A stretch of DNA of 64,000 nt from an uncultured Lachnospiraceae bacterium (GTDB lineage: Bacteria; Bacillota; Clostridia; Lachnospirales; Lachnospiraceae): the NCBI GenBank assembly GCA_965114645.1, contig CBCOZL010000018.1, forward strand, positions 1,981-65,980, written 5' to 3'. Below, in pieces: positions 28,873 to 39,725 of the stretch. Within the stretch, counting starts at the first letter, position 1, and each line of letters starts with the position of its first letter. Under the pieces are notes generated by a model. That model was not told where the DNA came from, did no database searches, and saw only the letters and a list, made by a program, of their open reading frames with translations. The translations under genes were made by a program, and so were the position numbers.

Positions 28873-31596
28873 TTATTGTGCAGGTGGCTGCTCTGGCTGG
28901 GGCTGTTCCGGCGGCGGCGCCTGTCCGGCAGCTTCTGCCGCAGCCTGTGCAGCAGCCGCGGCTGCCGCGGCATTTCTCTGGTCGATTTCGGCCCGCTGCG
29001 CCTCGATTGTTCCCTCAAAGCCGGGTGTTGCGAAAAAGACTTCATCGTGAGGACACATATTGGACTGGGGTGCAGGTACGGGTACTTCACTGACAGAACC
29101 GTCCTCATTCACCACCTGGGTAGTGCCTGTGGAAGAACCGCTTTGCAGGGAGACATCCTCCACGGGTGTCAGTTCAACGACGCCTTCTACCTTGAAGGGA
29201 CAGAACTCGCGGGCCGGAAGCGTGCTGTACTGGCAGATCTGCCCTGCGTAGTGCACATCGCAGGTTTCGGAAGGAATGGTGTTCTCCGCGAAATATTCCG
29301 TGCGCAGCGTCCCGTCGCAGAGCCCTGCAATGGGCAGTTTTCCGGACCGAGAGCAGACGGTGGCCGTCACGATGCCGGAGGGAACGTTGAAGGACTTACT
29401 GGGCAGTTCCGCATGGATCTCCGACATCACGGCGCGCCACAGTTTTTTCGCCAGATTTTTCTCATCGCCGGACAGTTTCACGTTGTTGTCAAAGCCCGCC
29501 CAGGTAGTGGCTGTGTAGTAAGGCGTGTAGCCCGAAAACCATACGTCGTTGTAATCGGAGGTGGTGCCTGTCTTTCCGGCGATGGCCATATTGCCGAAGT
29601 TAACCGATCCGCCGGTGCCGCTTGTGACCACGTCAACCATGGCGTCTGTCAGAAGAAAGGCGGTGGTTTCCTTGATCACCTGCTTGGAGTTTGGCATGGT
29701 ATTGTCCAAAATGATGTTGCCGTCGTGATCCAGAACCTTCGTGTAAAGCTTCGGCTTGATATAGGTGCCGCCGTTTGCAATGCAGGCGTAGGCGGCGTTG
29801 AGTTCCTCATTCGTAACACCATAAGTGAGACCGCCGAGAGCGGTAGTCTGCTGGATATCCGAGAAGATCTCGCCGTTGATCTCCTCGCGCTCCACTACGG
29901 TGGTGAAGCCGAAGTTTCTCAGATAATCAAAACCGAGCTGGGGTGTGATCTGCGTCAGTGTCTTCACGGCCACGATATTCATGGAGTCGCGGATGCCGTC
30001 CCTGAGGGAGGAAAGCCCGCGGTATTTCTCACCGTACCAGTTGGCTACCGGCCGCCCGGTGGCGTAGTTGAAAGGCGCGTCATTCATAACTGTGGCGAGC
30101 GTGAGCCCTGCGCTGTCTAAAGCCGGCGCGTAGGTGGACACCACCTTGAAGGTGGAACCCGGCTGTCTGGTTGTATCGGTGGCACGGTTTAAGGTACGGC
30201 TGGCGGTTTTGGCGCCCCGGCCACCGACCATAGCCACGATACACCCTGTGCTCTGATCCTCCACGACGAGGGAAACCTGAGGCTGCGGGGTCAGATTGAT
30301 GTTTTCGCCGAAGACTTCATCGCCTGGCCGCATCACATCGGCTTTGTACGCTTCAATATCTTGATAAGCCTCCTCCTGCGAGGTGTAGATCAGATTATAG
30401 CTGGGCGAACGGTTTTCCTTCCAGTAGCTGCGGAACATTTCCGTGCTGACATTTTCCCGCTCCCCGTTTGCACGGTCGATGGTCAGCTCATAATGCAGGT
30501 ACCATTTGGTGTTTGCGGGGAAATTGCTTTCGTCCGCAAAAGCGCTGTCACAGATTGCCTGGATTTTAGGATCCTGGGTGGAATATATTTTCAGACCGCC
30601 GCTGTAGAGCAGGGTGTAGGCCTGCGTTTCGTTGTAACCGGCAGCAATCAGATCTTCCATGACGTCGTCCGTCAGCGCATCCACGAAATATGTACTGACA
30701 GCGTTGTCTTCATTTTTGGCGTCTGCCACCTGGATGCGGGAATAGACATCATCGGCCAGTGCGTCTTCGTGTTCTTCCGCGCTGATATAACCCTGCTCCA
30801 GCATATCGTCAAGCACTTTTTTCCGGCGTTTCATGTTCTCTTCCGGGTGTGTGATGGGGTTATAGCGGGACGGGTTTTGTGTGATGCCTGCGATCACTGC
30901 ACACTCGGACAGAGTGAGCTCGTTTACATGCTTGCCGAAATACCGCCTGGATGCGGCTTCCACGCCAAGCGTATTAGACCCCAGGTTGATGGTGTTCATG
31001 TAATTGATCAGGATGGAGTCTTTATCCATGACTTTTTCCAGTTCCAGAGCCAGGTACTGTTCCTGAAACTTTCTCTTGAATTTATCTGCCCAGGAATCCT
31101 CGGAAGTCCAGTCCGTAAAGACGTTATTTTTGAGGAGCTGCTGGGTGATGGTGCTGGCGCCCTCGGAGAAATGCCGCTTCTGGATGCCGATCACACCTGC
31201 GCGGATAATGCCCTTGATATCGATGCCATTGTGGTCATAAAAACGGGCGTCCTCGATGGCTACAAAAGCGTCCTTCAGATCCTGCGGAACCATGTCGATG
31301 GAAACCGGGATGCGGTTGGCATCGGTAGAGACCAGTTTCTTGATCTGGGTTCCCTCTATGTTGTATACAAAGGTGGAAAACCCGGAGGGCGTTACGTCAA
31401 TGTTGCTGATGTCAGGCGCAGTTGCCAGAATACCTTTAAATGCGCCGATGCCTGCGCTTGCGCCGACAATGCAGACGCCGATCATGGCGATCAGAAATAC
31501 CTGCACAAAGGCAAATGCTACCTTCCTGCTCCATTTTTTGCCTGTAGAATGAAGCGCCTGCTGTTTTTTGCGGACGCCTTTTTTGCCGTAGTTCAT
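28873..31596 (-). CDS. Class A penicillin-binding protein (PBP1A family)
   Basis: Transglycosylase EDARFYDH and GASTITQQL; transpeptidase GSTFK, SMN and KTG; Ala/Gln/Pro-rich tail. Confidence 0.95.
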   Translation of the reverse strand: MNYGKKGVRKKQQALHSTGKKWSRKVAFAFVQVFLIAMIGVCIVGASAGIGAFKGILATAPDISNIDVTPSGFSTFVYNIEGTQIKKLVSTDANRIPVSIDMVPQDLKDAFVAIEDARFYDHNGIDIKGIIRAGVIGIQKRHFSEGASTITQQLLKNNVFTDWTSEDSWADKFKRKFQEQYLALELEKVMDKDSILINYMNTINLGSNTLGVEAASRRYFGKHVNELTLSECAVIAGITQNPSRYNPITHPEENMKRRKKVLDDMLEQGYISAEEHEDALADDVYSRIQVADAKNEDNAVSTYFVDALTDDVMEDLIAAGYNETQAYTLLYSGGLKIYSTQDPKIQAICDSAFADESNFPANTKWYLHYELTIDRANGERENVSTEMFRSYWKENRSPSYNLIYTSQEEAYQDIEAYKADVMRPGDEVFGENINLTPQPQVSLVVEDQSTGCIVAMVGGRGAKTASRTLNRATDTTRQPGSTFKVVSTYAPALDSAGLTLATVMNDAPFNYATGRPVANWYGEKYRGLSSLRDGIRDSMNIVAVKTLTQITPQLGFDYLRNFGFTTVVEREEINGEIFSDIQQTTALGGLTYGVTNEELNAAYACIANGGTYIKPKLYTKVLDHDGNIILDNTMPNSKQVIKETTAFLLTDAMVDVVTSGTGGSVNFGNMAIAGKTGTTSDYNDVWFSGYTPYYTATTWAGFDNNVKLSGDEKNLAKKLWRAVMSEIHAELPSKSFNVPSGIVTATVCSRSGKLPIAGLCDGTLRTEYFAENTIPSETCDVHYAGQICQYSTLPAREFCPFKVEGVVELTPVEDVSLQSGSSTGTTQVVNEDGSVSEVPVPAPQSNMCPHDEVFFATPGFEGTIEAQRAEIDQRNAAAAAAAAQAAAEAAGQAPPPEQPQPEQPPAQ

Positions 31597-31802
31597 AGGG
31601 TACTGCCTCCTCGACCTGCTGTCATAGTCGTAAATGCCGATATCGTCAAACTTTTCACAATCGGCCAGAATCTGTCTGGCCTGTGACGATTATAGCAAAA
31701 TTCCTCTGGTAAATAAAGGTTTTTATGCTTTATTAAGAATTGTTTACGATTCTGTGCATATTTATACTTGCGCTGGCGGGAGAAATGTGCAACGATGGTT
31801 AC

Positions 31803-32471
31803 ATGGATAAGTATGCACCGTATAAAATTATTGAATATGGGGGCGAAGGGGAGATTGTAGAGAAGAAATCCCGCTTTATCGCCCATGTGCAGGCCACTCA
31901 CACAGAGGAGGAGGCGGCTGCCTTTATCGAGGCTGAGAAGAAGCGCTATTGGGATGCCAGACACCACTGCTACGCCTATATCATAGGGGAGCAGGGGGAG
32001 ACCGTGCGGTATTCGGACGACGGGGAACCCTCCGGCACGGCGGGCAGACCCATTTTGGAGGTGCTTACAGCCTCCGGCATCCGTGGACTGACGCTTGTGG
32101 TGACCAGATATTTCGGCGGTACGCTTCTTGGTACCGGCGGGCTTGTGCGCGCTTATACGCAGGCGGCGCAGGCGGGAATTGCGGACAGCCGTGTGGCTGT
32201 GATGAGATACGGGTACACTCTTAAGGTGGAAACAGACTATAACGGGATCGGCAGGATCCAGTACCTTTTGGGACAGCGGGGGATTCCGATAGAAGAATCG
32301 GTCTATACGCAGCAGGTATCCCTTGGATTCCATGTGCCCTTTGAGGAGAAGGATAAGCTGATAAAGGACATTACGGAGGCTACTGCCGGCGCAGCGCAGA
32401 TAAGCGCCTCAGATCCTTTCTATTATAAATATAAAAGCGCGGAATCGGCTTCCGAAAGCAGGCCTGGCTGA
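31803..32471 (+). CDS. yigZ: YigZ/IMPACT family protein
   Basis: EKKSRFIA, ARHHCYAY, SDDGEPSGTAG.P, VTRYFGG.LLGTGGLVRAY; start codon uncertain. Confidence 0.9.
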   Translation: MDKYAPYKIIEYGGEGEIVEKKSRFIAHVQATHTEEEAAAFIEAEKKRYWDARHHCYAYIIGEQGETVRYSDDGEPSGTAGRPILEVLTASGIRGLTLVVTRYFGGTLLGTGGLVRAYTQAAQAGIADSRVAVMRYGYTLKVETDYNGIGRIQYLLGQRGIPIEESVYTQQVSLGFHVPFEEKDKLIKDITEATAGAAQISASDPFYYKYKSAESASESRPG

Positions 32472-32521
32472 CACAAGCCTGGCCGTCTGGATGCGGTTTT
32501 CCGGCGGAAAGGCGGCATGCT

Positions 32522-33934
32522 ATGGGTGAAAATACGAATCGGGAAATGACAGCCGAACAGACCAGGGCTGACAGAATTATAAATGACTATGCCAATTTTG
32601 GCGTGGAAGAGATCAGGGAGCTTCTCAGAAAAGGGCAGTACACCAGTCTCAGAAAGATCATTGAGGAGCTGAATGACGCGGATATCGCCGATTATATGGA
32701 GGAGATGGAGGAGGAAGAGGTCATTAAAATCTTCCGCATTCTGCCAAAAGATACGGCGGCGGATGTTTTTTCCTATCTGGAGATTGACAGACAGCAGTCC
32801 ATCATTACCTCCCTTTCAGATAAGGATGCGGCGCGTATCATTGATAACATGATGTCCGATGACGCGAAGGAACTGATGGAGGAGATGCCGGCCAATGTGG
32901 TGAAGCGTCTGATTGCCAACACCAGCCCGGATACCAGGCAGGCCATCAACCATCTGATGCGCTACCCGGAGGATTCTGCGGGCAGCATTATGACGGTGGA
33001 ATATGTGGATTTGAAAGAACACTACACAGTGGCCCAGGCCATCGACCGAATCCGCAAAGTGGGGCTTGACAGCGAGACCATCAACATCTGTTATGTGCTG
33101 GATTATAAGCGGACGCTTGTGGGAACGGTGGCGCTTCGCTATCTGCTCCTCAGTGACTCGAACGCCGTGATCGGCGAGATGATGCACAGAAATGTGGTAT
33201 CCCTTCATACCCTGATGGATCAGGAGGAGGTTGCCAGACAGTTCAAAAAGTACGAGTTTACCGCCATGCCTGTGGTGGATAACGAAGACAGGCTGGTGGG
33301 GATCATCACGATGGATGACGTGGTGGACATTCTGGAGGAGGAGACCACGGAGGATATCGAGAAGATGGCGGCTGTGATGCCGTCCGATAAGCCTTATCTG
33401 AGAATGACGGTGTTTGACGCCTACAAAAAAAGGATTCCGTGGCTGCTGCTTCTGATGATCTCGGCTACTTTCACGGGAAGCATTATCACCTCTTTTGAGA
33501 ATGAGCTGAGCCGCTATGTGGTGCTGACGGCTTTTATTCCCATGCTTATGGATACCGGCGGCAACGCGGGCGGACAGGCATCCGCCATTATCATCCGCGG
33601 TATTTCCCTGGAAGAGATCGAGTTTAGTGACTGGCTGATGGTGATCTGGAAAGAAATCCGCACGGCGGTTTTGTGCGGTCTGACCCTGTCTGTCTGTAAC
33701 TTTGTCAGACTGATGCTCTTTGACCAGGTGGGTGTGCAGGTGGCGTTTGTGGTATGCCTTACCCTGCTGATGGCAGTGATTGTGGCAAAGATGGTCGGCT
33801 CCACACTTCCCATGCTGGCAAAAAAAATCGGGCTTGACCCGGCGGTGATGGCAAGCCCGTTTATCACGACGATTGTGGATGCAATTTCCCTGCTGATCTA
33901 TTTCCGCGTGGCGGAGATTGTGCTGGGGATCTGA
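32522..33934 (+). CDS. mgtE: Magnesium transporter MgtE
   Basis: SAGSIMTVEY CBS pair, PMLMDTGGNAG.Q, DPAVMASPFITTIVD. Confidence 0.95.
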   Translation: MGENTNREMTAEQTRADRIINDYANFGVEEIRELLRKGQYTSLRKIIEELNDADIADYMEEMEEEEVIKIFRILPKDTAADVFSYLEIDRQQSIITSLSDKDAARIIDNMMSDDAKELMEEMPANVVKRLIANTSPDTRQAINHLMRYPEDSAGSIMTVEYVDLKEHYTVAQAIDRIRKVGLDSETINICYVLDYKRTLVGTVALRYLLLSDSNAVIGEMMHRNVVSLHTLMDQEEVARQFKKYEFTAMPVVDNEDRLVGIITMDDVVDILEEETTEDIEKMAAVMPSDKPYLRMTVFDAYKKRIPWLLLLMISATFTGSIITSFENELSRYVVLTAFIPMLMDTGGNAGGQASAIIIRGISLEEIEFSDWLMVIWKEIRTAVLCGLTLSVCNFVRLMLFDQVGVQVAFVVCLTLLMAVIVAKMVGSTLPMLAKKIGLDPAVMASPFITTIVDAISLLIYFRVAEIVLGI

Positions 33935-33941
33935 CGTGTAC

Positions 33942-33970
33942 TTTACACTTTTGGCGCAGTCTGTTATGAT
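33942..33970 (+). promoter_or_regulatory. Sigma-A promoter for the small ORF at 34013
   Basis: TTTACA-N17-TATGAT with TGn extension. Confidence 0.65.
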
Positions 33971-34012
33971 AAAATGGTAGCGGTTGTGTCGATTATGAAA
34001 GTGGGTGATGAA

Positions 34013-34189
34013 ATGCCGGGTGAAAAGGAATTGAATGTAAATCTTTTAGACAAGCTTGATTTATTGGAGAGATTGGAGATGGCAGGTCAGGACGGTGGAT
34101 ATGAGAAAATGAAACAGCAGATTGCTTTTGAAAAGAAATGTATTGAGCGCAAACTATATCAGAATCCGCCGATGATGGAAGCAAAGTGA
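34013..34189 (+). CDS. Small hypothetical protein (58 aa)
   Basis: Own promoter, purine-rich RBS and downstream terminator; helical, charged sequence. Confidence 0.65.
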   Translation: MPGEKELNVNLLDKLDLLERLEMAGQDGGYEKMKQQIAFEKKCIERKLYQNPPMMEAK

Positions 34190-34192
34190 AAT

Positions 34193-34217
34193 ACCCCGCA
34201 GTCTGCTGCGGGGTTTT
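34193..34217. terminator. Bidirectional terminator between the small ORF and typA
   Basis: ACCCCGCAG-TCTG-CTGCGGGGT-TTT. Confidence 0.8.
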
Positions 34218-34236
34218 CTGTACACAATTTAAAATA

Positions 34237-36078
34237 TTACTTTTTCGCTGCCGCAGAAATCGCAGCCCGCTTTCTCAGTGTCGGATCCAGAATCTTCTTG
34301 CGGATTCTGAGGCTCTCGGGCGTCACCTCCAGCAGCTCATCGGTGTCGATAAACTCAAGCGCCTGCTCCAGACTTAAAACTTTGGGCGGTGTGAGCCGCA
34401 GGGCCTCGTCCGCAGAAGAAGAGCGGGTGTTGGTGAGCTGCTTTTTCTTGCAGACATTCAGCTCGATGTCCTCCCCACGGCCGTTCTGCCCGACAATCAT
34501 GCCGGAATACACTTTTTCGCCGGGGCCAATGAAGAGGGTGCCGCGCTCCTGGGCATTGTAGAGTCCGTAGGTGATCGCCTCGCCCGCCTCAAAGGCGATG
34601 AGGGAGCCCTGCTTGCGGTACTGGATATCGCCTTTGTAAGGGCCGTAGCCGTCAAAAATGGTGTTCATAATACCGTTGCCCTTGGTGTCTGTCAAAAATT
34701 CGCCCCGGTAGCCGATCAGCCCCCTCGAGGGAATGGAAAACTCCAGACGGGTGTAGCCGCCGGATGCCATGCCCATATTTTTTAACTCGCCTTTCCTCTG
34801 GCTCAGCTTTTCAATGACTGTCCCGGAAAATTCTTCCGGCACATCCACATAACACAGTTCCATAGGCTCCGTCTTCTTGCCGTTTTCATCGGTTTTGTAC
34901 AGCACTTCCGCCTTGCTCACGGCAAACTCGAATCCTTCCCTGCGCATATTTTCAATCAGCACGGAAAGGTGCAGCTCGCCGCGGCCGGACACCTTGAAGG
35001 CCTCCGTGGTTTCGGTCTCCTCCACGCGCAGGGACACGTCCGTGTTAAGCTCTCTGAAAAGCCTGTCGCGCAGATGACGGCTGGTGACATATTTGCCTTC
35101 CTTGCCTGCAAGGGGGGAGTCGTTGACGCAAAAGTGCATGGCAATCGTGGGCTCCGAAATTTTCTGGAAAGGAATCGGCTTTGGAGCGTCAGTGGAGCAG
35201 AGAGTGTCGCCGATATGGATGTCCGCAATGCCGGAGATTGCCACAATGGCGCCGATCGCCGCCTCCTTCACTTCCACCTTGTCCAGGCCGTCATACTCGT
35301 AAAGCTTGCTGATTTTTACTTTCTTCAGCTTGTCGGGATCGTGGTGGTTTACAATGACCACTTCCTGGTTGACCTTGACGGAGCCGTTGTCCACTTTGCC
35401 GACGCCGATGCGGCCCACATATTCGTTATAGTCGATGGTGCTCACCAGGATCTGTGTGCCCGCGTCGGGATCGCCCTGGGGCGCGGGAATGTGCTCGATG
35501 ATGGTGTCAAAGAGGGGGGTCATATCCTTTCCCTTGACGGTAAGCTGTGTGGTGGCGGTGCCGGTCTTGGCGGAGGCGTAGACGAAGGGGCAGTCAAGCT
35601 GCTCGTCATTTGCGTCCAGATCCATGAAAAGCTCCAGCACCTCATCCACAACCTGAATCGGTCTTGCTTCCGGGCGGTCGCATTTGTTGATGCACACGAT
35701 CACGGACAGATCCAGCTCCAGCGCTTTTTTCAGCACAAATTTAGTCTGGGGCATCGGTCCCTCAAAGGCATCCACCACAAGGATCACGCCGTCCACCATT
35801 TTCAGCACGCGCTCCACCTCACCGCCGAAGTCAGCATGGCCGGGGGTGTCAATGATGTTGATTTTGGTGCCCTTGTAGGTGACGGCGGTATTTTTGGAAA
35901 GAATGGTGATACCGCGCTCTTTCTCAATGTCGTTGGAGTCCATGACGCGCTCCGCCACTTCCTGGTTCTCCCGGAAAACACCGCTCTGTTTCAAAAGCTC
36001 GTCCACCAGGGTGGTCTTGCCGTGGTCCACATGGGCGATAATTGCTATATTTCTCACATCTTCTCTTGCCTGTCTCAT
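34237..36078 (-). CDS. typA: Translational GTPase TypA/BipA
   Basis: [40 protein letters not shown]. Confidence 0.97.
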   Translation of the reverse strand: MRQAREDVRNIAIIAHVDHGKTTLVDELLKQSGVFRENQEVAERVMDSNDIEKERGITILSKNTAVTYKGTKINIIDTPGHADFGGEVERVLKMVDGVILVVDAFEGPMPQTKFVLKKALELDLSVIVCINKCDRPEARPIQVVDEVLELFMDLDANDEQLDCPFVYASAKTGTATTQLTVKGKDMTPLFDTIIEHIPAPQGDPDAGTQILVSTIDYNEYVGRIGVGKVDNGSVKVNQEVVIVNHHDPDKLKKVKISKLYEYDGLDKVEVKEAAIGAIVAISGIADIHIGDTLCSTDAPKPIPFQKISEPTIAMHFCVNDSPLAGKEGKYVTSRHLRDRLFRELNTDVSLRVEETETTEAFKVSGRGELHLSVLIENMRREGFEFAVSKAEVLYKTDENGKKTEPMELCYVDVPEEFSGTVIEKLSQRKGELKNMGMASGGYTRLEFSIPSRGLIGYRGEFLTDTKGNGIMNTIFDGYGPYKGDIQYRKQGSLIAFEAGEAITYGLYNAQERGTLFIGPGEKVYSGMIVGQNGRGEDIELNVCKKKQLTNTRSSSADEALRLTPPKVLSLEQALEFIDTDELLEVTPESLRIRKKILDPTLRKRAAISAAAKK

Positions 36079-36300
36079 ATAATACTGCGCCTTTCCTGTT
36101 TTCTATCCTGCTTGTTGTAAGGTAATCGGGGAATCATCTCAATAACCCCGAAGATTATAACACCTGCAACCTCTTCTGGCAAGTCACGCGACCCCTAACA
36201 GTTCTATTTTCCCGCCGTATCTTATATATTGATAATACAATAACAGTTCAGGGCCAGACTCTGTACGGCGTTGAAATACTTGAGCAGAATGGAGGAAAAC

Positions 36301-36933
36301 ATGACGGATAAGGTAATTGAAAACAACCAGGTGGCAGTTATGGGGGAGATTGTGAGCGATTTTTCTTTCAGCCACGAGATTTTTGGAGAGGGATTTTATA
36401 TGGTGGATATCAGCGTTGATCGACTCAGTGAGTCAACCGATATCATACCTGTGATGGTGTCTGAAAGGCTCATTGACGTGACTGAGGACTACAAGGGATT
36501 GAAGATATGCATCACAGGACAGTTCCGCTCTTATAACAGACATGAGGAGAGAAAGAACAGGCTGGTTTTGTCGGTTTTTGCGCGTGAAATTGAATTTGTG
36601 GACGATATCGGGGAAGGGGCGAAGACAAACCAGATTTTTTTGGACGGTTATATCTGTAAAGCGCCGGTTTATCGAAAGACGCCGCTGGGGAGGGAGATTG
36701 CCGATCTGCTTCTGGCGGTAAACAGGCCTTACGGCAAATCGGATTACATACCCTGCATCTGCTGGGGACGAAACGCCAGGTTTGCCAGCAGTTTTGAGGT
36801 GGGGAGCCGCTGTGCCATCTGGGGCAGGATCCAGAGCCGTGAATATATGAAAAAACTGTCGGAGGAACAGTTGGAGAGGCGGATCGCCTATGAGGTCTCT
36901 GTCAGCAAGCTGGAGCTGGTGGAGGAGGAGTGA
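36301..36933 (+). CDS. ssb: Single-stranded DNA-binding protein with two OB folds (clostridial type)
   Basis: Second OB fold: YRKTPLGREIADLLLAVNR...SDYIPCICWGRNA...GRIQSREY; RBS GGAGG. Confidence 0.88.
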   Translation: MTDKVIENNQVAVMGEIVSDFSFSHEIFGEGFYMVDISVDRLSESTDIIPVMVSERLIDVTEDYKGLKICITGQFRSYNRHEERKNRLVLSVFAREIEFVDDIGEGAKTNQIFLDGYICKAPVYRKTPLGREIADLLLAVNRPYGKSDYIPCICWGRNARFASSFEVGSRCAIWGRIQSREYMKKLSEEQLERRIAYEVSVSKLELVEEE

Positions 36934-37005
36934 GACTTGCATCCCCAGAAGGATTGTGCTATTCTGAATTTAAGTATTTAAATAAGGAAATACGGGGTGC
37001 TGGCT

Positions 37006-37506
37006 ATGGAAAAAGGCAGGATTCAGATATATAGCGGGGAGGGGCACGGAAAATCCCCGGCGGCGTTGGGCCGCGCGATTCAGGCAGCCTGCGAAGGGGA
37101 ATATGTCGTCATCATACAGTTCCTGAAGGGAAGGGGCCTGACGGAGTCGGAGTTTGTGAAGCGTCTGGAGCCGGAGATCAAGATCTTCCGCTTTGAGAAG
37201 TCCGAGGAGGATTTTTCACATCTTTCCGATGAGCGCAAGGAGGAGGAGGGCCGTAACATCAAAAATGGCCTGAACTTCGCCAAAAAAATCCTAAATACGG
37301 GGGAATGCACCCTGCTGATTCTGGATGAGGTTCTTGGGCTGATAGACAACGGTATTATCACGGTGGAGGAGCTTAAGAATCTGCTTTCGGGGAAGCCGGA
37401 GGAGATGGATATCATTATGACGGGCATCACTTTGAACGACAGGGTCTGCGCGCTTGCGGATCAGGTGACGAAAGTCGAGACCATGCATTTTAAGATATGG
37501 GATTGA
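37006..37506 (+). CDS. Cob(I)yrinic acid a,c-diamide adenosyltransferase-like protein (CobO/BtuR family)
   Basis: IQIYSGEGHGKS, IIQFLKG, LILDEV, IIMTG. Confidence 0.8.
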   Translation: MEKGRIQIYSGEGHGKSPAALGRAIQAACEGEYVVIIQFLKGRGLTESEFVKRLEPEIKIFRFEKSEEDFSHLSDERKEEEGRNIKNGLNFAKKILNTGECTLLILDEVLGLIDNGIITVEELKNLLSGKPEEMDIIMTGITLNDRVCALADQVTKVETMHFKIWD

Positions 37507-37613
37507 CACAGATGTGCCCGGGTGCTATGATGAACCATAGTAAGCAGCATAACCATTTCTGCAAGGCAGAAAGCAAAATTGCTCATGTTGTTCACATAAA
37601 CATTATAAAGTTT

Positions 37614-37775
37614 GATAGAGGTTGCGTTATCTATCAGTACGGGCATGGATGTGACAGGCACAGGGGAAATGCCCCGAAAGGAGAGGACGCCGAAAGGGGA
37701 GACGGCCTGTGCGTTTTTACCTTGGGCATGCAGTTAAGAGCTGTATGACTGTCATCGATAAGATGGGGCGCTATC
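37614..37775 (+). ncRNA. Lysine riboswitch
   Basis: P1 GATAG/CTATC, AGAGGTTGCG, GAAAGG...CGCCGAAAG, ACTGTC...GATGGGGCGCT; directly upstream of dapA and followed by a terminator hairpin. Confidence 0.9.
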
Positions 37776-37798
37776 CAGACCGGAAACGGCAGATTTAT

Positions 37799-37826
37799 GA
37801 GCTGGCCCTGTGTGGCCGGCTCTTTC
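37799..37826 (+). terminator. Riboswitch expression-platform terminator
   Basis: GAGCTGGCC-CTGTGT-GGCCGGCTC-TTT. Confidence 0.7.
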
Positions 37827-37884
37827 CGCGTATGTGCGGTGTATAGAATCTGCTTATGTCAGAGACAACAGAAAGGAGATTTTC

Positions 37885-38769
37885 ATGGCGATATTTAAGG
37901 GAGCGGGCGTGGCGATTGTCACCCCATTTCACGAGGATGGGAGTATCAACTACGAAAAATTTGCGGAGCTTGTGGAGTTCCAGATCGAGGGGGGGACGGA
38001 CGCGATCATCGTCTGCGGCACGACAGGGGAATCCTCCACGCTGACCCATGAGGAGCATCTGGATCTGATCCGTTTCTGTGTGGAGACGGTGAAAGGCAGG
38101 GTTCCCGTGGTGGCGGGAACCGGGTCAAACTGTACGGAGACGGCGGTTTACCTTTCCACGGAGGCGGAAAAGTACGGTGCGGACGGCCTGCTTCTGGTGA
38201 CGCCTTACTATAACAAAGCGACCCAGAACGGTCTCTATGCCCACTATAAAAAGATTGCAGACTCCGTGAAGCTGCCTATCATCCTCTACAACGTGCCGAG
38301 CCGCACAGGCTGTAATATCCAGCCCCAGACGGCGGCGAGACTGTGCACGGAGGTGGAGAATATTGTGGGCATCAAGGAAGCCAGCGGCAATATTTCCCAG
38401 ATTGCCAAGCTCATGTCCTTAGCGGGAGACAAGGTGGATCTGTATTCCGGCAATGACGACCAGATTGTGCCGATCATGTCCCTTGGCGGTATCGGCGTGA
38501 TCTCTGTCCTGTCCAACGTAGCGCCCAGACAGACCCATGAAATCTGTCAGAAGTTTTTTGACGGAGATGTGGAGGGCAGCAGGAAAGAGCAGCTTCGCGC
38601 CATTGACCTTTGCGATGCGCTGTTTTGTGAGGTGAACCCGATTCCTGTGAAGGCGGGCCTTAATCTGATGGGCAGGGAAGTGGGCGGCTTACATATGCCT
38701 CTGTCCGATATGGAGCCGGCAAACGTGGAGCGGCTGAAAAAAGCCATGCAGGATTACGGAATTCTTTGA
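37885..38769 (+). CDS. dapA: 4-hydroxy-tetrahydrodipicolinate synthase
   Basis: GTTGES, PYYNK, YNVPSRTG, GIKEASG, NPIPVK; RBS AAAGGAG. Confidence 0.96.
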   Translation: MAIFKGAGVAIVTPFHEDGSINYEKFAELVEFQIEGGTDAIIVCGTTGESSTLTHEEHLDLIRFCVETVKGRVPVVAGTGSNCTETAVYLSTEAEKYGADGLLLVTPYYNKATQNGLYAHYKKIADSVKLPIILYNVPSRTGCNIQPQTAARLCTEVENIVGIKEASGNISQIAKLMSLAGDKVDLYSGNDDQIVPIMSLGGIGVISVLSNVAPRQTHEICQKFFDGDVEGSRKEQLRAIDLCDALFCEVNPIPVKAGLNLMGREVGGLHMPLSDMEPANVERLKKAMQDYGIL

Positions 38770-38945
38770 TCGAAGGAAGCAAAATGCACGTTTGCATGAC
38801 GGTATGGTTTGCGGTATCATAAAGTATGTCGAGACGTCTGCCGGGAAATGTCCCCGGCAGATGTTTTCATCATACAGGAAATTTAGGTATCTTAATTTTG
38901 GCTATGTAATGTCAGTGAATTGAGAATGAGGAAGGAGACGGCGGT

Positions 38946-39701
38946 ATGGTAAAAGTGATTATGCATGGCTGCAACGGTAAGATGGGACAGACGATCTCAT
39001 CTCTGATTGCGGCGGATGAGGAGATTGTGATTGTGGCAGGCGTTGACGCTGCAGACAGCGGGAAAAATGACTATCCTGTATTTCAGAGCATAGGGGAATG
39101 CACGGTGGATGCGGACGCGGTGATTGATTTTTCCGTGGCTGCGGCGGTGGACGGTCTGTTAGACTACTGCGCGGAGAAAAAGCTGCCCTGTGTTCTGTGC
39201 ACGACCGGGCTTTCCGAAGCGCAGATTGAAAAGGTGAAGCGGACGGCGGAACAGACGGCGGTTTTAAAATCTGCCAATATGTCTCTTGGCATCAATATGC
39301 TGCTCAAACTTTTAAAAGAGGCGGCCCAGGTTCTTTCCCCGGCGGGTTTTGACATCGAGATCGTGGAAAAACACCATAACCAGAAGCTGGATGCGCCCAG
39401 CGGCACGGCCCTGGCGCTGGCGGATTCCATCAACGCGGAGATGGGGGACAGTTTCGAATATGTTTACGACAGAAGCCAGGTCAGACAGAAGAGAAACGCG
39501 AAGGAGATCGGTATCAGCGCGGTCAGAGGCGGCACCATTGTGGGAGACCATGACGTGATCTTTGCGGGAGCGGATGAGGTGGTCACCTTCTCCCACAGGG
39601 CTTACTCGAAAGCGGTATTTGGAAAAGGAGCCATTCAGGCGGCTAAATTTCTGGCAGGGAAACCGGCGGGATTATACGATATGGCTGATGTGATAGGATA
39701 A
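38946..39701 (+). CDS. dapB: 4-hydroxy-tetrahydrodipicolinate reductase
   Basis: GCNGKMG, CTTG, SANMSLG, EKHHNQKLDAPSGTA. Confidence 0.96.
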   Translation: MVKVIMHGCNGKMGQTISSLIAADEEIVIVAGVDAADSGKNDYPVFQSIGECTVDADAVIDFSVAAAVDGLLDYCAEKKLPCVLCTTGLSEAQIEKVKRTAEQTAVLKSANMSLGINMLLKLLKEAAQVLSPAGFDIEIVEKHHNQKLDAPSGTALALADSINAEMGDSFEYVYDRSQVRQKRNAKEIGISAVRGGTIVGDHDVIFAGADEVVTFSHRAYSKAVFGKGAIQAAKFLAGKPAGLYDMADVIG

Positions 39702-39725
39702 ACCCTAACGTTATAGGAGAGTTTT

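Noticed and set aside
28870-31686. Long plus-strand ORFs (416 aa and 441 aa) opposite PBP1A
   Set aside because: Shadow frames of a conserved gene, with no motifs or RBS.
34969-36120. 383-aa plus-strand ORF opposite typA (likewise the other long antisense ORFs over pcrA, fbp and the kinase)
   Set aside because: Typical GC-rich antisense shadows of housekeeping genes.
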